Assembly: GCF_006345805.1 (NCBI RefSeq)
Contig: NC_042997.1
Location: forward strand, 16,492,001 to 16,556,000
Direction: 5' to 3'
DNA from: Octopus sinensis
Taxonomy: Eukaryota
Length of the DNA: 64,000 nucleotides
A program made the translations under genes and the position numbers. Positions 11,746 to 25,600 of this stretch are shown in pieces (within the stretch, counting starts at the first letter, position 1; each line of letters opens with the position of its first letter). The notes under the pieces are model-generated. The model was not told where the DNA came from, did not search any database, and saw only the letters and a list, made by a program, of their open reading frames with translations.

Positions 11746-14700
11746 TTATGTGTGTGTGTATAATGGTTGGGGTCTGAAGGTGGTAAAAACTACAGAGCAT
11801 ATTTTGGACCTTTGTGCTATGTGGGCTGAAAGGTGGCAATACATCAAAAACAGAAACCCATTTTGCTTTTGTTCTACTAAGCCGCAGATAAGAAGTAGAA
11901 AAGTTAGGAGGCAGGACTAATAATTATCTTACATGTCTTGAGATTCTTGTGATCAAATCCACTGTAGGTGTGTTGTGCTGTTGTCTCTTCCGGAGAGGAC
12001 AGTCATTTCTGCATTCTTTAGATTATATAAATGTTGGGATGGAAATAGGTGCCAGATAGTCTGGGATAATATTTCCTTCCATAGACTGGTATTCTATTCA
12101 AGCGTTATTCATCTCTCATCTGCTTAATATTATGAATCCGTAACAAAATACCAACTCTTATGAATGTATCCCTTAGGGGGTCATCTAGAGAATAATTTAT
12201 TTTCAAATGTTATATTACTTTGGTTGTGGAAGGTTTGTTTAAAGAACAAGTCAGATCATATTTTGGTGCTTTGTTTTTGGTTTTATAAAATTTATTTTCT
12301 CAAATGCAAACAATAGTTTGCAGTATGTGTTTGCCACATATATTGCAAATATTAAAAAATTTATATTTTTTTTTACACCAATATTCTTGACATTTGCAAT
12401 ATTATCCCTGAAAACTTTGCTGAGATGCACAGTAACTGAAACAAAAAATATTAAAGAGGGAGCTGTTATGTTTTTTTTTTGACTCACCAACAATAGCAGC
12501 CAAACTATCCTCAAATTACACCCTATTAGCTTGGAAAGGAATAGGACATATTAATATTGTTCAGGACACAAGGCCTGAGAGAAGGATAGGATGGTCATGG
12601 TTGGAATACCTTTGAACATAAGTCTGTCCAATCAGTGTTGCCCTTTGTCTAAACATCAACACTACTGAAGAGTGGTGGTTGTCATGCTCTGACTGAGACT
12701 ATTTTACTTGCTTCATCTGTGGCTACTACAAGAGTCTAGAATGACTAATATGCAGCATAGCTATATTGCCACACTGCCCCCAACATGATAAACTATTGCA
12801 TACCAGAGTACATAGTGCAATCCTTAATTAGTCAGTGGGGTGGCCTGACTAGGATCCTGGATCTATGGGTTGTATTCAGACATTTTATTTGTTGCCTCTG
12901 AAAGCAGAGATGACCAGGTCTGCATGACAACAACTGATACTTATTTTAAAAATAGATAGACAAGGCTGTTAAAAATAACTTCAAAGAAGCAATTTTTGTT
13001 TTGTTCTGAAATTAGTGAAAATAAATTTTAGTTCTACTGCTCTATAGATAATTCTAGTTAGTATTTGGTTGGTGTTAGGCAGGGCATCCCACTGAGAAAG
13101 CATGCTAAAGGAGATAGTGGGACTTGGTGCAGTCTCTTGACTCACTAGTTCGTTTGAACTGTCCCACCCATGACAAATGGAAAACAGGCATTAAATAATA
13201 ATAATGATAATGTGTGTATAAATGTAAATAAACAAATATTGTTTTTTTTATTAGAAGCATCGAAATGTATATCAACAATCATGGCTGATTGTTGACAAAT
13301 TTTTCCACCTTGTAAGAGTAATTTACCCACTATTTATGCTAACAGCAACTTTGCGTTCTAAAAAATATCTTATTTGTATCGTACAATAATGATGATGATG
13401 ATGATGACAATGAAGAGGTGGAGGAGGATTTGTGGCACTAACAGATCGGAGATTCTTATTCCTTTATAATGTGAAACATGGGATGTTTGTAATATTTTGT
13501 GTGAAAAGTGTTGTTATCCTATATGTTGTTTAACCCTAACTCAATCCTGATTGATCAGTCACATAAGCTATTCCAGCAGTGACCATACATCTTTATTTAG
13601 CGCTAGTAATTAGATGACTACATTATGCAGTGTGCCTTTCTCTTTTAAGATAATAGGGTATGATTTGAAGGAAATTTATTTATTTTATATTGCAATCGGT
13701 GAACAATAATGCCATTGGTCACAACTTCACAAAAGGTCAAACAACTAGTTCACTGTTTTTCTGACTGAGAAAGTGACTAGGGAGTGTCTGTAATTTGATG
13801 CAGAATGAATATCTTAGACCTTATTGGCTTGCCTACTGTGAGGTCTGGGATTGTATGTAGGGTCTAGGAAATTGAGCTTAGAGTGCAAAATTTGAAGTCT
13901 TTTTTATTATGTGTTGAGTTTAATGAGAAAACCTTTTAATATTTAGTGATGCATGTTGAGATTATTTATAGTAAATTTATACGTCGATTTGACATCTAGG
14001 ATCTGTGATGTTATACATAGACTACTTATTGTTTATTGAATTTAATATTTTCTTTTTCTTCATTTGTGGAGCCTTTGATTACCATACACCCCACTCCTTG
14101 ACATGTAGCTTTGGCTGCAGATGAGACACATAACTGTGTTTGTTTGGAAAGGCCAGCTATCACTCTGTACATGCCTCTTTTCTCATTTCTTCTGATAGTG
14201 CTGAGTGCATTTCTTCTCCATATCTTTAATCCTTTTTTAACATACTCATATATTACACAAGCATACACACACACACACACCACACACACATGTATTTATA
14301 CACCCACACATGCATAATTGTGCAGTAAAATGAGGGATAACATATTTGATATAGTGAGCTAAGGCATTTTAAATAATTAAAATTACATTTTTAATGACAA
14401 AGAGTCATTGTGTAAATGGTTAATTCTGATAAAAAAAGACAGGGGAGATAACCCAGAATTAAAGTAATTGAAATTAATTAAATATGAAATATAGTTTGTG
14501 TTTGATCTTTTGCTATATGGTGACAATTCCAAGTATATTTCGCTTTTATTAACCTTTTTATTTGTATATTTACTGAAGAGTGCAGACATTGTGAGGATTT
14601 AATGTTATAATTGATAAAAATATAAAAATGTACATAGAAAGACACTTTTTTGTGAATAAATACAAATATTTTTTGCATGTAAAACATTAAAATTTGTTCA

Positions 14701-15061
14701 TGGAAACAAACTCAAAACACACATATATGAACATACATACGTGCACACGTATGCACGAACATGCATACATAAATATACACACTATTGCTCACACGTATGT
14801 ATTTGTGTACTTGGTTTTATGTATGGGAACCCATATATGCATACAGATGGACACAAATGTGCCAAGACACACTGTTAGATAAACAAGTATACATAGGCAT
14901 AGTTGTGACACATACAAATACTTATGCATACATATATACCTGCACTCCCTCTTACACAAATATATGTATCTGTGCATGCAAATGCATTGACGCCTTATAT
15001 CACAGCATGGCTTTGACTGTGCTTCCAAAAATAAACTAAAGAACACACCCAGCAATGAAAC

Positions 15062-15520
15062 CTTTTTATGGTCCCTTGAGCTGCTAGAAATAACAGTTAC
15101 ATTTCCTTTATATCATATCCTAAATAAATGTGCCCTTTTAAAGCCTAGCCAGGCTCATGGGCCCGGTTTCCATGGCGTATGTGTTCCCCAGCTGGACAGG
15201 ACGCCAGTCCATTGCAGCGTTACTCATTTTTGCCAGCTGAGTAGACTGGAGCAACATGAAATGAAGTGTTTTGCTCAAGAATACAACGCGTCACCCGGTC
15301 CAGGAATCGAAACCACAATCTTACGATCATGATGCTGCCATCCTAACCACTAAGCTATGTGACTCCACATATCATATCCTACTGTCTTAAAAAAGTGGAT
15401 GAACACATTAGATAATGTAATCCTAGATACACTATATCTTGAAGCGAAAAGGGATACTTATGGTTAGAATCTTTGTTAAAGAATCTGCATTCAAGGCTGG
15501 TCTGTGACCAGTCAACAACT
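15062..15520 (+). mobile_element. Dispersed repeat family F, host of the E insertion; other copies near 3310, 12500, 13550, 51540, 55620, 61340
   Basis: Recurring ctgctagaaatagcag...caaatc...tcaaatcacacccta...ctgtcttaaaaa motif in both orientations. Confidence 0.65.
15123..15368 (-). mobile_element. SINE family E (tRNA head, CORE-like and V-like segments) nested in a family F repeat
   Basis: 13-bp TSD atatcatatccta at 15110-15122 and 15369-15381. The minus strand reads tagcttagtggtt...ggtttcgattcc (A and B boxes) and then atggactggcgtcctgtccag, which resembles the V-SINE domain as I recall it. Confidence 0.85.
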
Positions 15521-15687
15521 GCAACAACAACATGAAGGCACTTACGTGCACTCGTTAGATCTAAGGAAATGACAAAATTGATCCCTAAAGTGCTAGATTA
15601 AATACTCTGTAATATTTAGTTATGTACCTCTATTTTGGAGGAAGGGGATTTGCTTTCCATTACTGTCTTGTGGAAATCATCATCGTC

Positions 15688-16075
15688 GCAGGAGTGGCTG
15701 TGTGGTAAGTAGCTTGATTACCAACCACATGGTTCCGGGTTCAGTCCCACTGCATGGCACCTTGGGCAAGTGTCTTCTACTATAGCCTCGGACCGACCAA
15801 AGCCTTGTGAGTGGATTTGGTAGACGGAAACTGAAAGAAGCCCGTCGTATATATATGTATGTGCGTGTATATGTTTGTGTGTCTGTGTTTGTCCCCCAAC
15901 ATCGCTTGACAACCGATGGTGGTGTGTTTACGTCCCCGTAACTTAGCGGTTCGGCAAAAGAGACCGATAGAATAAGTACTAGGCTTACAAAGAATAAGTC
16001 CTGGGATCGATTTGCTCGACTAAAGGCGGTGCTCCAGCATGGCCGCAGTCAAATGACTGAAACAAGTAAAAGAGT
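15688..16075 (+). mobile_element. SINE family A, full length and young, inserted in the tail of a family G element
   Basis: Near-identical to the 57195 copy. It is preceded by catcatcgtc and followed by ttaaca...ttttccatgcttgc, the G tail. Confidence 0.93.
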
Positions 16076-16077
16076 AT

Positions 16078-16312
16078 CTTAACATACACTTTTCCATGCT
16101 TGCGTGGGTCAGATGGAGTTTATTGAGGCTGATTTTTTACACCCAGATGGCCTTCATGTTGCCAACCTTGACCTGTTTGTAACCAAGTTAATATTTCCCT
16201 GTAGCCAAGTATATGTTTCGCAGAATATTGGAAATGAATGACATTGCCTGTATAACAGTGACACTCATTTGCAACTATTATATAATACCTAGACAAGAAG
16301 ATTCAAGCATAC
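16078..16312 (-). mobile_element. SINE-like family G (RTE-type tail); other copies at 22718-22960, 34085-34320 and 51115-51310
   Basis: Shared ttccatgcttgc...gccaacc...cacctgttt.caagcaaggtaatatttccc...gtcaagacaag in all copies. Confidence 0.75.
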
Positions 16313-16560
16313 AGTCTCATTGGCCTACATGTGTGTATAACACCAACCGCCCCACTCTGCAGGGCGGTTGGTGTTAGGAAGGGCATCCAGCCATAAAAAC
16401 CATGCCAAAACAGACATGGGCTTCTGTCTGGCCAGTTCCTTTCAAACCATCCAACTCATGCCAGTATGGAAGGAGGACATTAAGTGATGAAAATGATGAT
16501 ATATATATACATATATATTTTCTGCATTAAATGGAGAAGCGATGACAAGTAATAATTCTA

Positions 16561-16690
16561 TAAATAATAATAATAATAATAATAATGATGATGACGACGA
16601 CGACCACCACAACCACCACCACCACCACCACCACCACCACCACCACCACCACCTCCTCCTCCTCCTCCTTCTTCTTCTTCTTCTTCTTCT
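16561..16690. repeat. Compound trinucleotide run (AAT)(GAT)(GAC)(CAC)(CTC)(CTT)
   Basis: Directly visible. Confidence 0.97.
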
Positions 16691-16705
16691 TAAAGCTTAT
16701 AAGTG

Positions 16706-16988
16706 ATATCCTAGATGTGAATGGAATTATATTAGAAACTATAAATGACTATATCCTCCCCCCCCACACACACACACCGACAGTGTATGTCTTTCACTTG
16801 TTTGTCATTAGACAGGCCATGCTAGGGCACCACCATAAAAGGATTTTAGTCAAACAAATCGACTCCAGTACTGTTTCTCATTAAAGCCTAGTATTTATTT
16901 TATCAGTCTCTTTGGTTAAAGAAAGTAGTCCTATATTGGGGCATATAAGCCCTTGACAGACAAATGTGGCTGTCAGTATGCATGAGAT

Positions 16989-17019
<31 letters not shown>

Positions 17020-17685
17020 TGCAGACATGCACACACGTACATGTATGCACACACACATGTGTGTAGACATACATGCACAACAGGCTTCTTTTAGTTTGTG
17101 TATTTACAAATCTATTCGTAAAGCTTTGGTTAGCCTGGGGCTATAGTAGATAACACTTGTCCAAAGTGGCATGCTGTAGGATTGAACCCTAGACAATGTA
17201 GTTGGGAAGTAAACTTCTTAATAACACAGCCATGTCTGCATCTATGATTGGTTAAAACATAAGTATCTGTTTATTTTTTACTAATGTCTATACAGACAAC
17301 TATAGGTGGTGGATTACCAGAATTGGTATAGTATCAGACAAAAACGCCTTATAGTATTTAACAACCCTTTACATTCTGAGTTCAAATTCTGCTGGGGTCA
17401 AATTTCCCTTTCATCATTTCTTGGTTTGATAAAGTACCATTCAAGTATTGAAGTTGATTTATACTTCTATAATATAAAAATATCCTAGATGTGAATGGAA
17501 TTATATTAGAAACTATAAATGACTATACCCCCCCCCCACACACACACACCGACAGTGTATGTCTTTCACTTGTTTGTCATTAGACAGGCCATGCTGGGGC
17601 ACCACCATGAAAGGATTTTAGTCAAACAAATCGACTCCAGTACTGTTTCTCATTAAAGCCTAGTATTTATTTTATCAATCTCTTT
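16706..17685. repeat. Near-identical ~205-bp direct repeat pair (16706-16913 and 17480-17685)
   Basis: Both read atatcctagatgtgaatggaattatattagaaactataaatgactata...cattaaagcctagtatttattttatca, with only a few differences. Confidence 0.92.
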
Positions 17686-17945
17686 TTGCTGAACTGCCAA
17701 ATTACAGGGACATAAACACACCAACACCGTTTGTCGAGCTGTGATGGGGACAAACACAGACGCAAAGAGACACACTTACACACACACACGATGGGCTTTT
17801 TCCAGTTTCCATCTACCAAATCCACCCACAAGGCTTTGGTTGGCCCAAAGCTTTAGTAGATTTTTGCCCAAAGTGCCATGCATGCAGTGGGACTGAACCT
17901 GTAACTATGTGGTTGTGAAGCAAACTTCTTACCACACAGCCACAC
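17560..17945 (-). mobile_element. SINE family A, diverged; sister copy at 16785-17235
   Basis: Reverse-complement tail, body and head motifs are recognisable. Confidence 0.8.
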
Positions 17946-18637
17946 TTCCACCTACCTATACATGAAATCTATATAGTCTTGTGCTTGTTTTAGAAATCAT
18001 TATTACATATTAAGGGAATTTTCTCTCCCTCTTCACCTGTTAGAGAACCACCTAGACAACACATCACACAGCATGTCTCTGAAAGTCCTATCAATAACCA
18101 CCTCTCTTTTCATTTGATTATAATCTAACTTTAAGGTGAAACATGTGTGTATGTGAATGTGTGTGTGTTGTGGAAGGGTATGGCTGTTTGTTGACAATTT
18201 AACTTATCAGGGTTATCTATATCTAATCCCTGTGATCACTCTCTCTCTCTCTCTCTCTCTCTCCCTCTCTCTTTATCTGGCACCACTAACCCATACCTCA
18301 TCCTCTCTATTTTGAATGTTTTCCCTTCTCCCCGTCTCCTCTCCAGCCATTTATTCATCCATACAGCCAGTCAGCCAGCCATTCCTAACTCCAGTCCTAT
18401 AACTGCCATCCATTACCTTGGCACCCCTACTCTCTCTCTCTCTCTCTCTGTGCTTATTTCTGTTTGATTGTCTCTCTCTTTCTCATCTATCTTCTGCTCC
18501 GCCTTTCTTTCCTTCCCACCTTCCTTTTCTCCCTCCACCCCTTCTCTTCCACCTGGTGCTTTAATTATAATTCCAACAGCTGTCACATGCCTGGTAAGCT
18601 GGTCTTCCAGGAATGCGCGCATACGCATGCACACACA

Positions 18638-18678
<41 letters not shown>

Positions 18679-19317
18679 ACACTTTGACTACTTGCTTTAT
18701 TTCCTTCTTTATAAAATGTCATGAAATCTGAACAGGCAACACTTTGAGGAGGAGGAGGGTTGGAGGTAGTGATGTACATTAAAAAAAAAACTTTCTTAAA
18801 GGGGCCTCTGTACTATAAGAAAACTGAAAAAAAGAACAAAAAAATTATTTATTGCTTCTGTTGAACCAAATCTTCAACTTGATTTTGATATCTGATTGTA
18901 GCCATTTCACCTACAATCACTAATGTTATTGAAAATAGCTTGAACATTGTACAATCTCATTTAGTTTTCCCTATAAATACAAGGTTTTTTGACTTGTGTA
19001 AAAAAAAAGTGTTAAATTCTTTTTGTCCGAGCACAAAAGTACATTTTATAAAGTTGAACAGAGTATAGTCAGATTAAGTGACCATAATATATTACTGGTA
19101 TTTTAAAGTGATTTTGATGAAGTATATTCTCAATGGTGGTAGGTTCTTCTTGACAAAGTATATTTTTGCAAGTCCCTGGCAAAGTATGTTCTCAATAAAG
19201 TACAAACCAAGAATGTGTCGTTATTTAAAATTCCAAATCTGACATGTGTTACTTCCATCAATAGTGTTTTTAGAAAAGATATAAATATCCCCAAAACATT
19301 GTAAAGACTTCATCCAA

Positions 19318-19790
19318 AAACTAGGTTTCCTCTTTGGGACCAGAAAATACTTCCACCCTGATCAATTACCAGCCTCTAAAAACCTCAGCAAAGACCTACA
19401 ATGGAGTGCTACTCTACATCTGGAATGGTACTTCTACAATGCACACACAAACATCTTTGAGATACCCAAAAGAAGGCCATTTATTGTTTAGCAAAGACAC
19501 TAACATACTACAAGCATTATCTCATAATTTCCTGATTATACCTATTCTACACTTACCCCAGTAGTCATCCTCTCCTCATCTAAAATAATTAGCTGGATAA
19601 GCTTTCTACCATGATCCAACTGATACATTCCTTACTTCTACTGAGTCACATGTAAGACACTTTTCTTGATATCCTTTCCCAGTGCTGTAGCTATGTGGAA
19701 TTCCTTCCCTTGCCTATATATATATTTTCTGTTGTGACCTACACAAGTCCAAACTAGACATTAACCACATTTATCATCTCCTTTATCTTG
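19318..19790 (+). mobile_element. CR1/L2-group LINE ORF2 C-terminal remnant, a different family from the 11025 element
   Basis: Hand translation gives LGFLFGTRKYFHPDQL, then with frameshifts RPTME..HIWNG, LQALSH and MWNSFP. Confidence 0.75.
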
Positions 19791-20739
19791 GAAGACCTAC
19801 AAAAGTCATGAATGTTGTCCCTTGTCTGATTAACCAAAAAGAAAAAGATTATGGTTACTTTTTATTATTTCCTTGTTGGTTCAGTCTAACGGTTCCTTCT
19901 TTTCCTGGCCACTTAAATTTGTTGATCCTGTGTATTTGACCTAAGAAATGAGGTCAAACACACATGCTAGCTTGCTATGAATTAGTTGAAAGTGAAGACT
20001 TATGTGTATTTACAAGGGTTGTTTCTGATTGTGTAAAATGAAATAGAAATAACCAAGTGGATGAGGTTGTATAATCAATTTGTGTAAAGAGTTCAAATCC
20101 ATCGTAAAGATTATGTTTTTAGTGGGTTGGACTCATTATTCCCTGTTGGTTCCATTTACTTTGCTGTAAACGATAAAAACCAAACCTTTGGATTATTACA
20201 AGTGATAAATCAAGCCAACAAGGGAATCTCTAGGTCAGGCACGAGCGACCCTTTTCAAGAAGTGGCCTGCATGAGAGATGATTCATCATCAGGTGGGCTG
20301 CACTACTAAAAAGATTTTAAGATTTTTCATTGGCGTGCCCATTAGAAAGTCCTGCACATGCTGCGACTGCTTGAAGTGATCACTCTAACAGCTATAAATA
20401 GTAGCCAAATCTCCCTCAATTCATACTTGAGCACATTTGACAATATTATCTTGAATTTTTGAAGGAAATGGAATGGTCAGGAGTAGACTAGGTTTACTTC
20501 ATTGCAACTGACTTAATGCTGAATAATATTCAGTTATACAAAATAGGCATCTTATTGAGTTGTTGAATCAATACAGCATCGTACAAAATGCCTGCATTAT
20601 TTAGTTACTCCCAAGGTCAGTTTTGTTTTTCATCCTTCTAGAGCAGCTAAAATAAGCAGCAACCATGAACTTGGGCTGATTTAAAATTTCTTTAAAACAT
20701 CTTAGATGTGAATGGAATTACAACAGATGTGAGGATGTA

Positions 20740-21115
20740 TTCTCTTTTACATGTTTCATTCATTTGACTGTGGTCATGCTGGGGCACCACCTTGACGGGG
20801 TTTTAGTTGAACAAATTATTATTTTTTAAAGCTTAGTACTTATTCTATCGGTCTCTTTCCCCAAATTACTAAGTTACAGGGATGTAAGTACACCAACACT
20901 TGTTCTCAAGCCGTGATGGTGGTGGGGATCAAACACAGACAGAAACACACGCACACACGATGGGGTTCTTTCAGTTTCTTTCTATCAAGTCTACTCAAGG
21001 CTTTGGTCAGCCTGAGGCTATAATAGAAGGCACTTGACCAAAGTGTCACTCAGTGGGACTGAAGTTGGAACCATGTGGTTGGGAAGCAAACTTCTTACCA
21101 CACAGCCACGCCTGT
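20740..21115 (-). mobile_element. SINE family A, diverged
   Basis: Matches the reverse complement of family A. Confidence 0.8.
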
Positions 21116-21867
21116 GCTTATATGGGGAAGGACAAGGATTTATTTTGTGCTTAATTCATGACATGAAGCTGGAAGCAAGGACCAGCTCATAGGAGTAACC
21201 GACATCAAGTATTAAGAAGTATTCACTTATTTTTACTTGGTCTGCTTGAGAAATCCTCACTTGCCAAAGTTATCTCAGGCTCTGTCAGTCTAACCTTATT
21301 GGAAAAATAGTTGATATGATACTCTCACTTTCATGGATGAAAAGCAATCATTAGGAATGGCATACAGCTGTGAAAACAGATCTTCCAGAAGCAGATGTCA
21401 GATGTTTAAATTTGCACAATCATCAAACTCATACCAGTGAGGAAAAAAAAAATGACTGAATAAAGCAGACTTGTACACACACACACACACACACACACAT
21501 ACACACACACGCGCACATGCACACACACATGTACTCCACATGTCCACATACCCATGTGGACTCTTACATTCATATGTACACACACACGCACACACACACA
21601 CATATACATGTTCTTATATACATGTTTTCATATGCATACTCATCATGTACATGCACTTGTACACATGCACACATATCCGAAACACACATTCACACTCACA
21701 AAATGAATAAAACAGATGGGACATTGCAGAGGGAATCAGATGGGATTCTGGGCAAGTAGGAGGAAGTAGAATAGGAAGAGGAGTAGGAACAAACAGTTCT
21801 ATATTTTTGGTAACCAACCATTAATCTGTATATGTGTGTGTTATGTAAGTTTGTATGTATTTATGTA

Positions 21868-22273
21868 TACTCTTTTACTCTTTTACTTGTTTCAGTCATT
21901 TGACTGCGGCCATGCTGGAGCACCGTCTTTTAGTCGAGCAAATCGACCCCGGGCCTTATTCTTTGTAAGCACAGTACTTATTCTATCGGTCTCTTTTGCC
22001 GAACCGCTAAGTGACGGGGACGTAAGCACACCAGCATCGGTTGTCAAACAATGCTAGGGGGATAAACACAGACGCACAAACACACACACACATATATATA
22101 TATACATATATACGACAGGCTTCTTTCAGTTTCCGTCTACCAAATCCACTCACAAGGCATTGGTCGGCCCGGGGCTATAGCAGAAGACACTTGCCCAAGA
22201 TGCCACGCAGTGGGACTGAACCTGGAACCATGTGGTTGGTTAGCAAGCTACTTACCACACAGCCACTCCTGCA
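21868..22273 (-). mobile_element. SINE family A, full length and young
   Basis: Near-identical reverse complement of the 1237 copy, sharing the diagnostic ccccgggccgaccaatgcc. Confidence 0.93.
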
Positions 22274-24708
22274 CCTATGTATGTGTATATGTATTTTTGT
22301 GTGTGCCTTGTATTGTCTTTATACTTATTAGTTAAGTTCTATTTGTAATTGTCAATGTTTAATTATGGTGGTTACTGCTGGCTGGTCTTAGCTGTTCAAA
22401 TGAAAACATCTCAACTGTTTGTTTTATTTTGGTCACTGACAACCATGAGCAAAATTTCTAACTAGCTTTTGTATTTTGTATGTATATTTATTTTTTTTAT
22501 TTTATTACTCATTTATTTATTTATTTCCTAGAATTATTTATTTAGAAATTTTAACTATGTTTAGTCATGTGCTTACACTTAGCATTAATTTCTCCCTATC
22601 TCTCTGTATGTGTGGTTGTGCATGTAAATCTGTGTGCATGTGTATTTTACATCATCATCATCACCACCACCACCATCACCACCACCACCACCACCACCAC
22701 CACCACCACCACCATCATCATCATCATTTCCATACTTGCCTGGATCAAAAACAATACAAGGCAGATTTTTCTAAGGCTGGGTGCCCTTCTTATTGCAAGT
22801 TTCACCTGTATCCAAGCAAGGAAATATTTTCCCTGGGTCCTTTGAGCACAAAGAATATAATGGCTGGATGCGCTTTCACAGAAAATCACAAACAAATGAC
22901 ACTGTGTGTATGATAGTAATGTTTGTTTACAATTATTGCATGATATCAAGACATGGACATAGACACACACACACACACACATACACACACACACACACAA
23001 GCACAAGCACAAGCATGCATCTACCACCCCAACTTTCTCTCATGCAATATATATGTATACCCTAATTCTCCTCTCCTGTACTGCCTCTCATCTCCCCATT
23101 CACTCCATCTGCCATTATACTCTTGCTCTGTTTCACCCACACATTCTATCTCTCTCTATTTTCACTCTATTTCCTGGGTTGCATAGATCCTGTTGTCACT
23201 CTGTCCTCTTACACATGTTATCTTGCCTGTACATACTTATCTCTAAATGCTGAATACTCTTACCACTTGTCTCTTATAACTTATCATTATCATTCATGCT
23301 TCTATCTTATTCTTTCTGCCTCTCACTCTGTAAAGGCATAGGTGAGCAAGCAGATATGGAGTCAGAAATTCCTTTAGTCATGTTGTGGATGTGGCTTCCT
23401 CTATAGTGCTGGTGCCACAAATAATGCTCCCAGCATAGTCTGTAGAATGTAAGGTTTAGTTTTGTTGAGGATATGAGACTGCCATAGTAAACCTCCATCA
23501 CTGATAACTTGTTTCCATCTGAATTTGAGGAGCAGTGTAGCATTTTGAATCTTACAGTCAATGACATTGAGATGATTACGAAGGCAAGATGCAAAAGCGT
23601 CCTTGGCAATGATGGTAGTTTACACAAACTTTAAAAACACTACTCTGGCATCCTCAGAGTATTAGTGAGTCTAATGCAGTAATTGTTGAAAGATGGGACT
23701 GTAATATTGGACTGGTGCTTAGCAAAGAACATGCAGGTACCCAAGGAAGAGAGGTTGTCATTGACTGATTTGTTCTGTCTGATATCCCTCCTCAGTGTGG
23801 GAAGTTTTAAGGTCTTTTATGGAGTGCAGATAAAAACGAAGTTGAAATTCCCACCACTGAATATGTCTGAAGACACATCAGTTCAGAAAGCTAATGCAAG
23901 CTGAAATAGGAGCTACCTGCCATCTATGACATATTTGACATGGAATTTTAAGGTGTGGTGTTATCAACAAAGAGCTGTTCCATTACATATGGATTTGTTA
24001 CTGGATCCAGTGTCTTACCTGGCTGACCAGCATCAAACGGATAAGATAAGCAGAGTAGTGATTCATGAATGGGAGAAAGAAGTAGAAAATGCTTTGTCAT
24101 GGATAAGACAAAACAGTTTTTGCTGTGTCATATCCCTGTATATTACATAGCTTGTGAGAAAAAGACTAAAGCAGAGAGAGCAAAGACTCCTCAGCGAGCA
24201 GTAAAACAAAATAGTTGCTGCATAATTGAAATGGGTTATAATTGCATGGTGCTTATGTGATGGTTACTTGAGTAACTGATGGAAAAATGTGTGTTACAGT
24301 GTGGGCCTAAAGAACCTGGATGTTTTCCCAGTAGTATCAGCACTGGTGACGGGGATGCACTCTGAAGGTAATGAAATTATTATCTCCAGTTTACAGCCGA
24401 CGAAAAGAGTGTCATGAAATACAAGTTGTATGTAAAACGTGTGTCTGTGTGTGTGTTCATATTTCATCTTCTAAATCATGGGAGTAAATCCAGTTGGAGA
24501 ATCATAGTGTTAATATGTGTGTATGCATGCTTTCATACACACATATACACTTACATATACATTTACTATTTTTTAAACATTTTGTTGTTGTTTTTGCATT
24601 CTTGGTTTTAGCAGCTTAAATTACTCAAGGGCAAGTATACAAATGTGTATCTGTATGTCTGACATGTTTTAGTGGACAGGATATGACACAAAAGCTATAA
24701 ATTTATAA

Positions 24709-24923
24709 TTCTTTAGCATTTAAACTGGCTATATCCAACCCAGATATTCTATATGTTTTATGTTCAATCTGGCCAGATCCAGCCTCTCACATCTACCCTA
24801 CAATGTCATTCTAAAAATAGTCAAATCATCGAAATCTCAAAGAATGAATGCATGATTAATTCTAAACAACACAAACAAATAAGCATTACATTTGATAGAG
24901 TTATCTGAATGCTAAAAGATTAA
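24709..24923. mobile_element. piggyBac-type MITE (family I), diverged
   Basis: Ends ctttagcattt ... ctgaatgctaaaagattaa; homologous to 51659-51872. Confidence 0.75.
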
Positions 24924-25234
24924 AACCACCATAGACATACTATTCTACATCCATAGACATACTATTCTACGGGTCACAATAAATGCTATTCTACATCACC
25001 TCAGTTTCTTACCTGTCAAACAAAAGTATGAGATCATCTGAGAATTTTACCAGCAGTAGATTTGCATTGTATCAGAGTGCAAGGGATCTTTATCTCTTTA
25101 TCCACTTATTGGCCATGAATTTGGAGCTAAGGACTGACCTTTAATATTCTGTCAGGGCTTAGGCAGTTGCATCCCTTTTATGTTTTTTTTTGGTCTTTTC
25201 TAATTCTAATCAATTATATTTAACAATAATTTTT

Positions 25235-25600
25235 ATCTTTTACTTGTTTCAGTCATTACTGCAGCTTGAAGGGTTTTAGACTTAGTTCTTATTTTTTTAA
25301 AAAGTCTGTGACTTTTATTATCAATCACTTTGACCGAATTGCTAAGTTATGGGAATAATGGGGTTGTAAACAAACCAACACCAGATATCAAGCAGTGAGT
25401 GGAGACACACACATGAACACAAAAATATACATACATATACATACACACATATATGTATGACAAGTTTCTTTCAGTTTTCTTTTACCAAATCCACTCACAA
25501 GGCTTTGGTCAGCCTAGGACTATGGTAGAAAATACTTACCTAAGATGCCATGCAGTAGGGCTGAACCTGAAACCATGTGGTTGGGAAGCAGACTTCTTAC
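25235..25600 (-). mobile_element. SINE family A, old and diverged
   Basis: Tail, body and head motifs in reverse orientation. Confidence 0.7.

Noticed and set aside
20235-20305. Minus-strand CTGATGA...GAAAAGGGTC
   Set aside because: No credible stem I or stem II.
22476-22913. 145-aa ORF with a poly-His tract
   Set aside because: It is a (CAT)/(CAC) microsatellite plus the tail of a family G repeat.
23660-24380. GC-richer block that might be a decayed LINE
   Set aside because: Only a faint GTQGR match to the RTE C-terminus, and motifs are not in a consistent order, so it is left unassigned.
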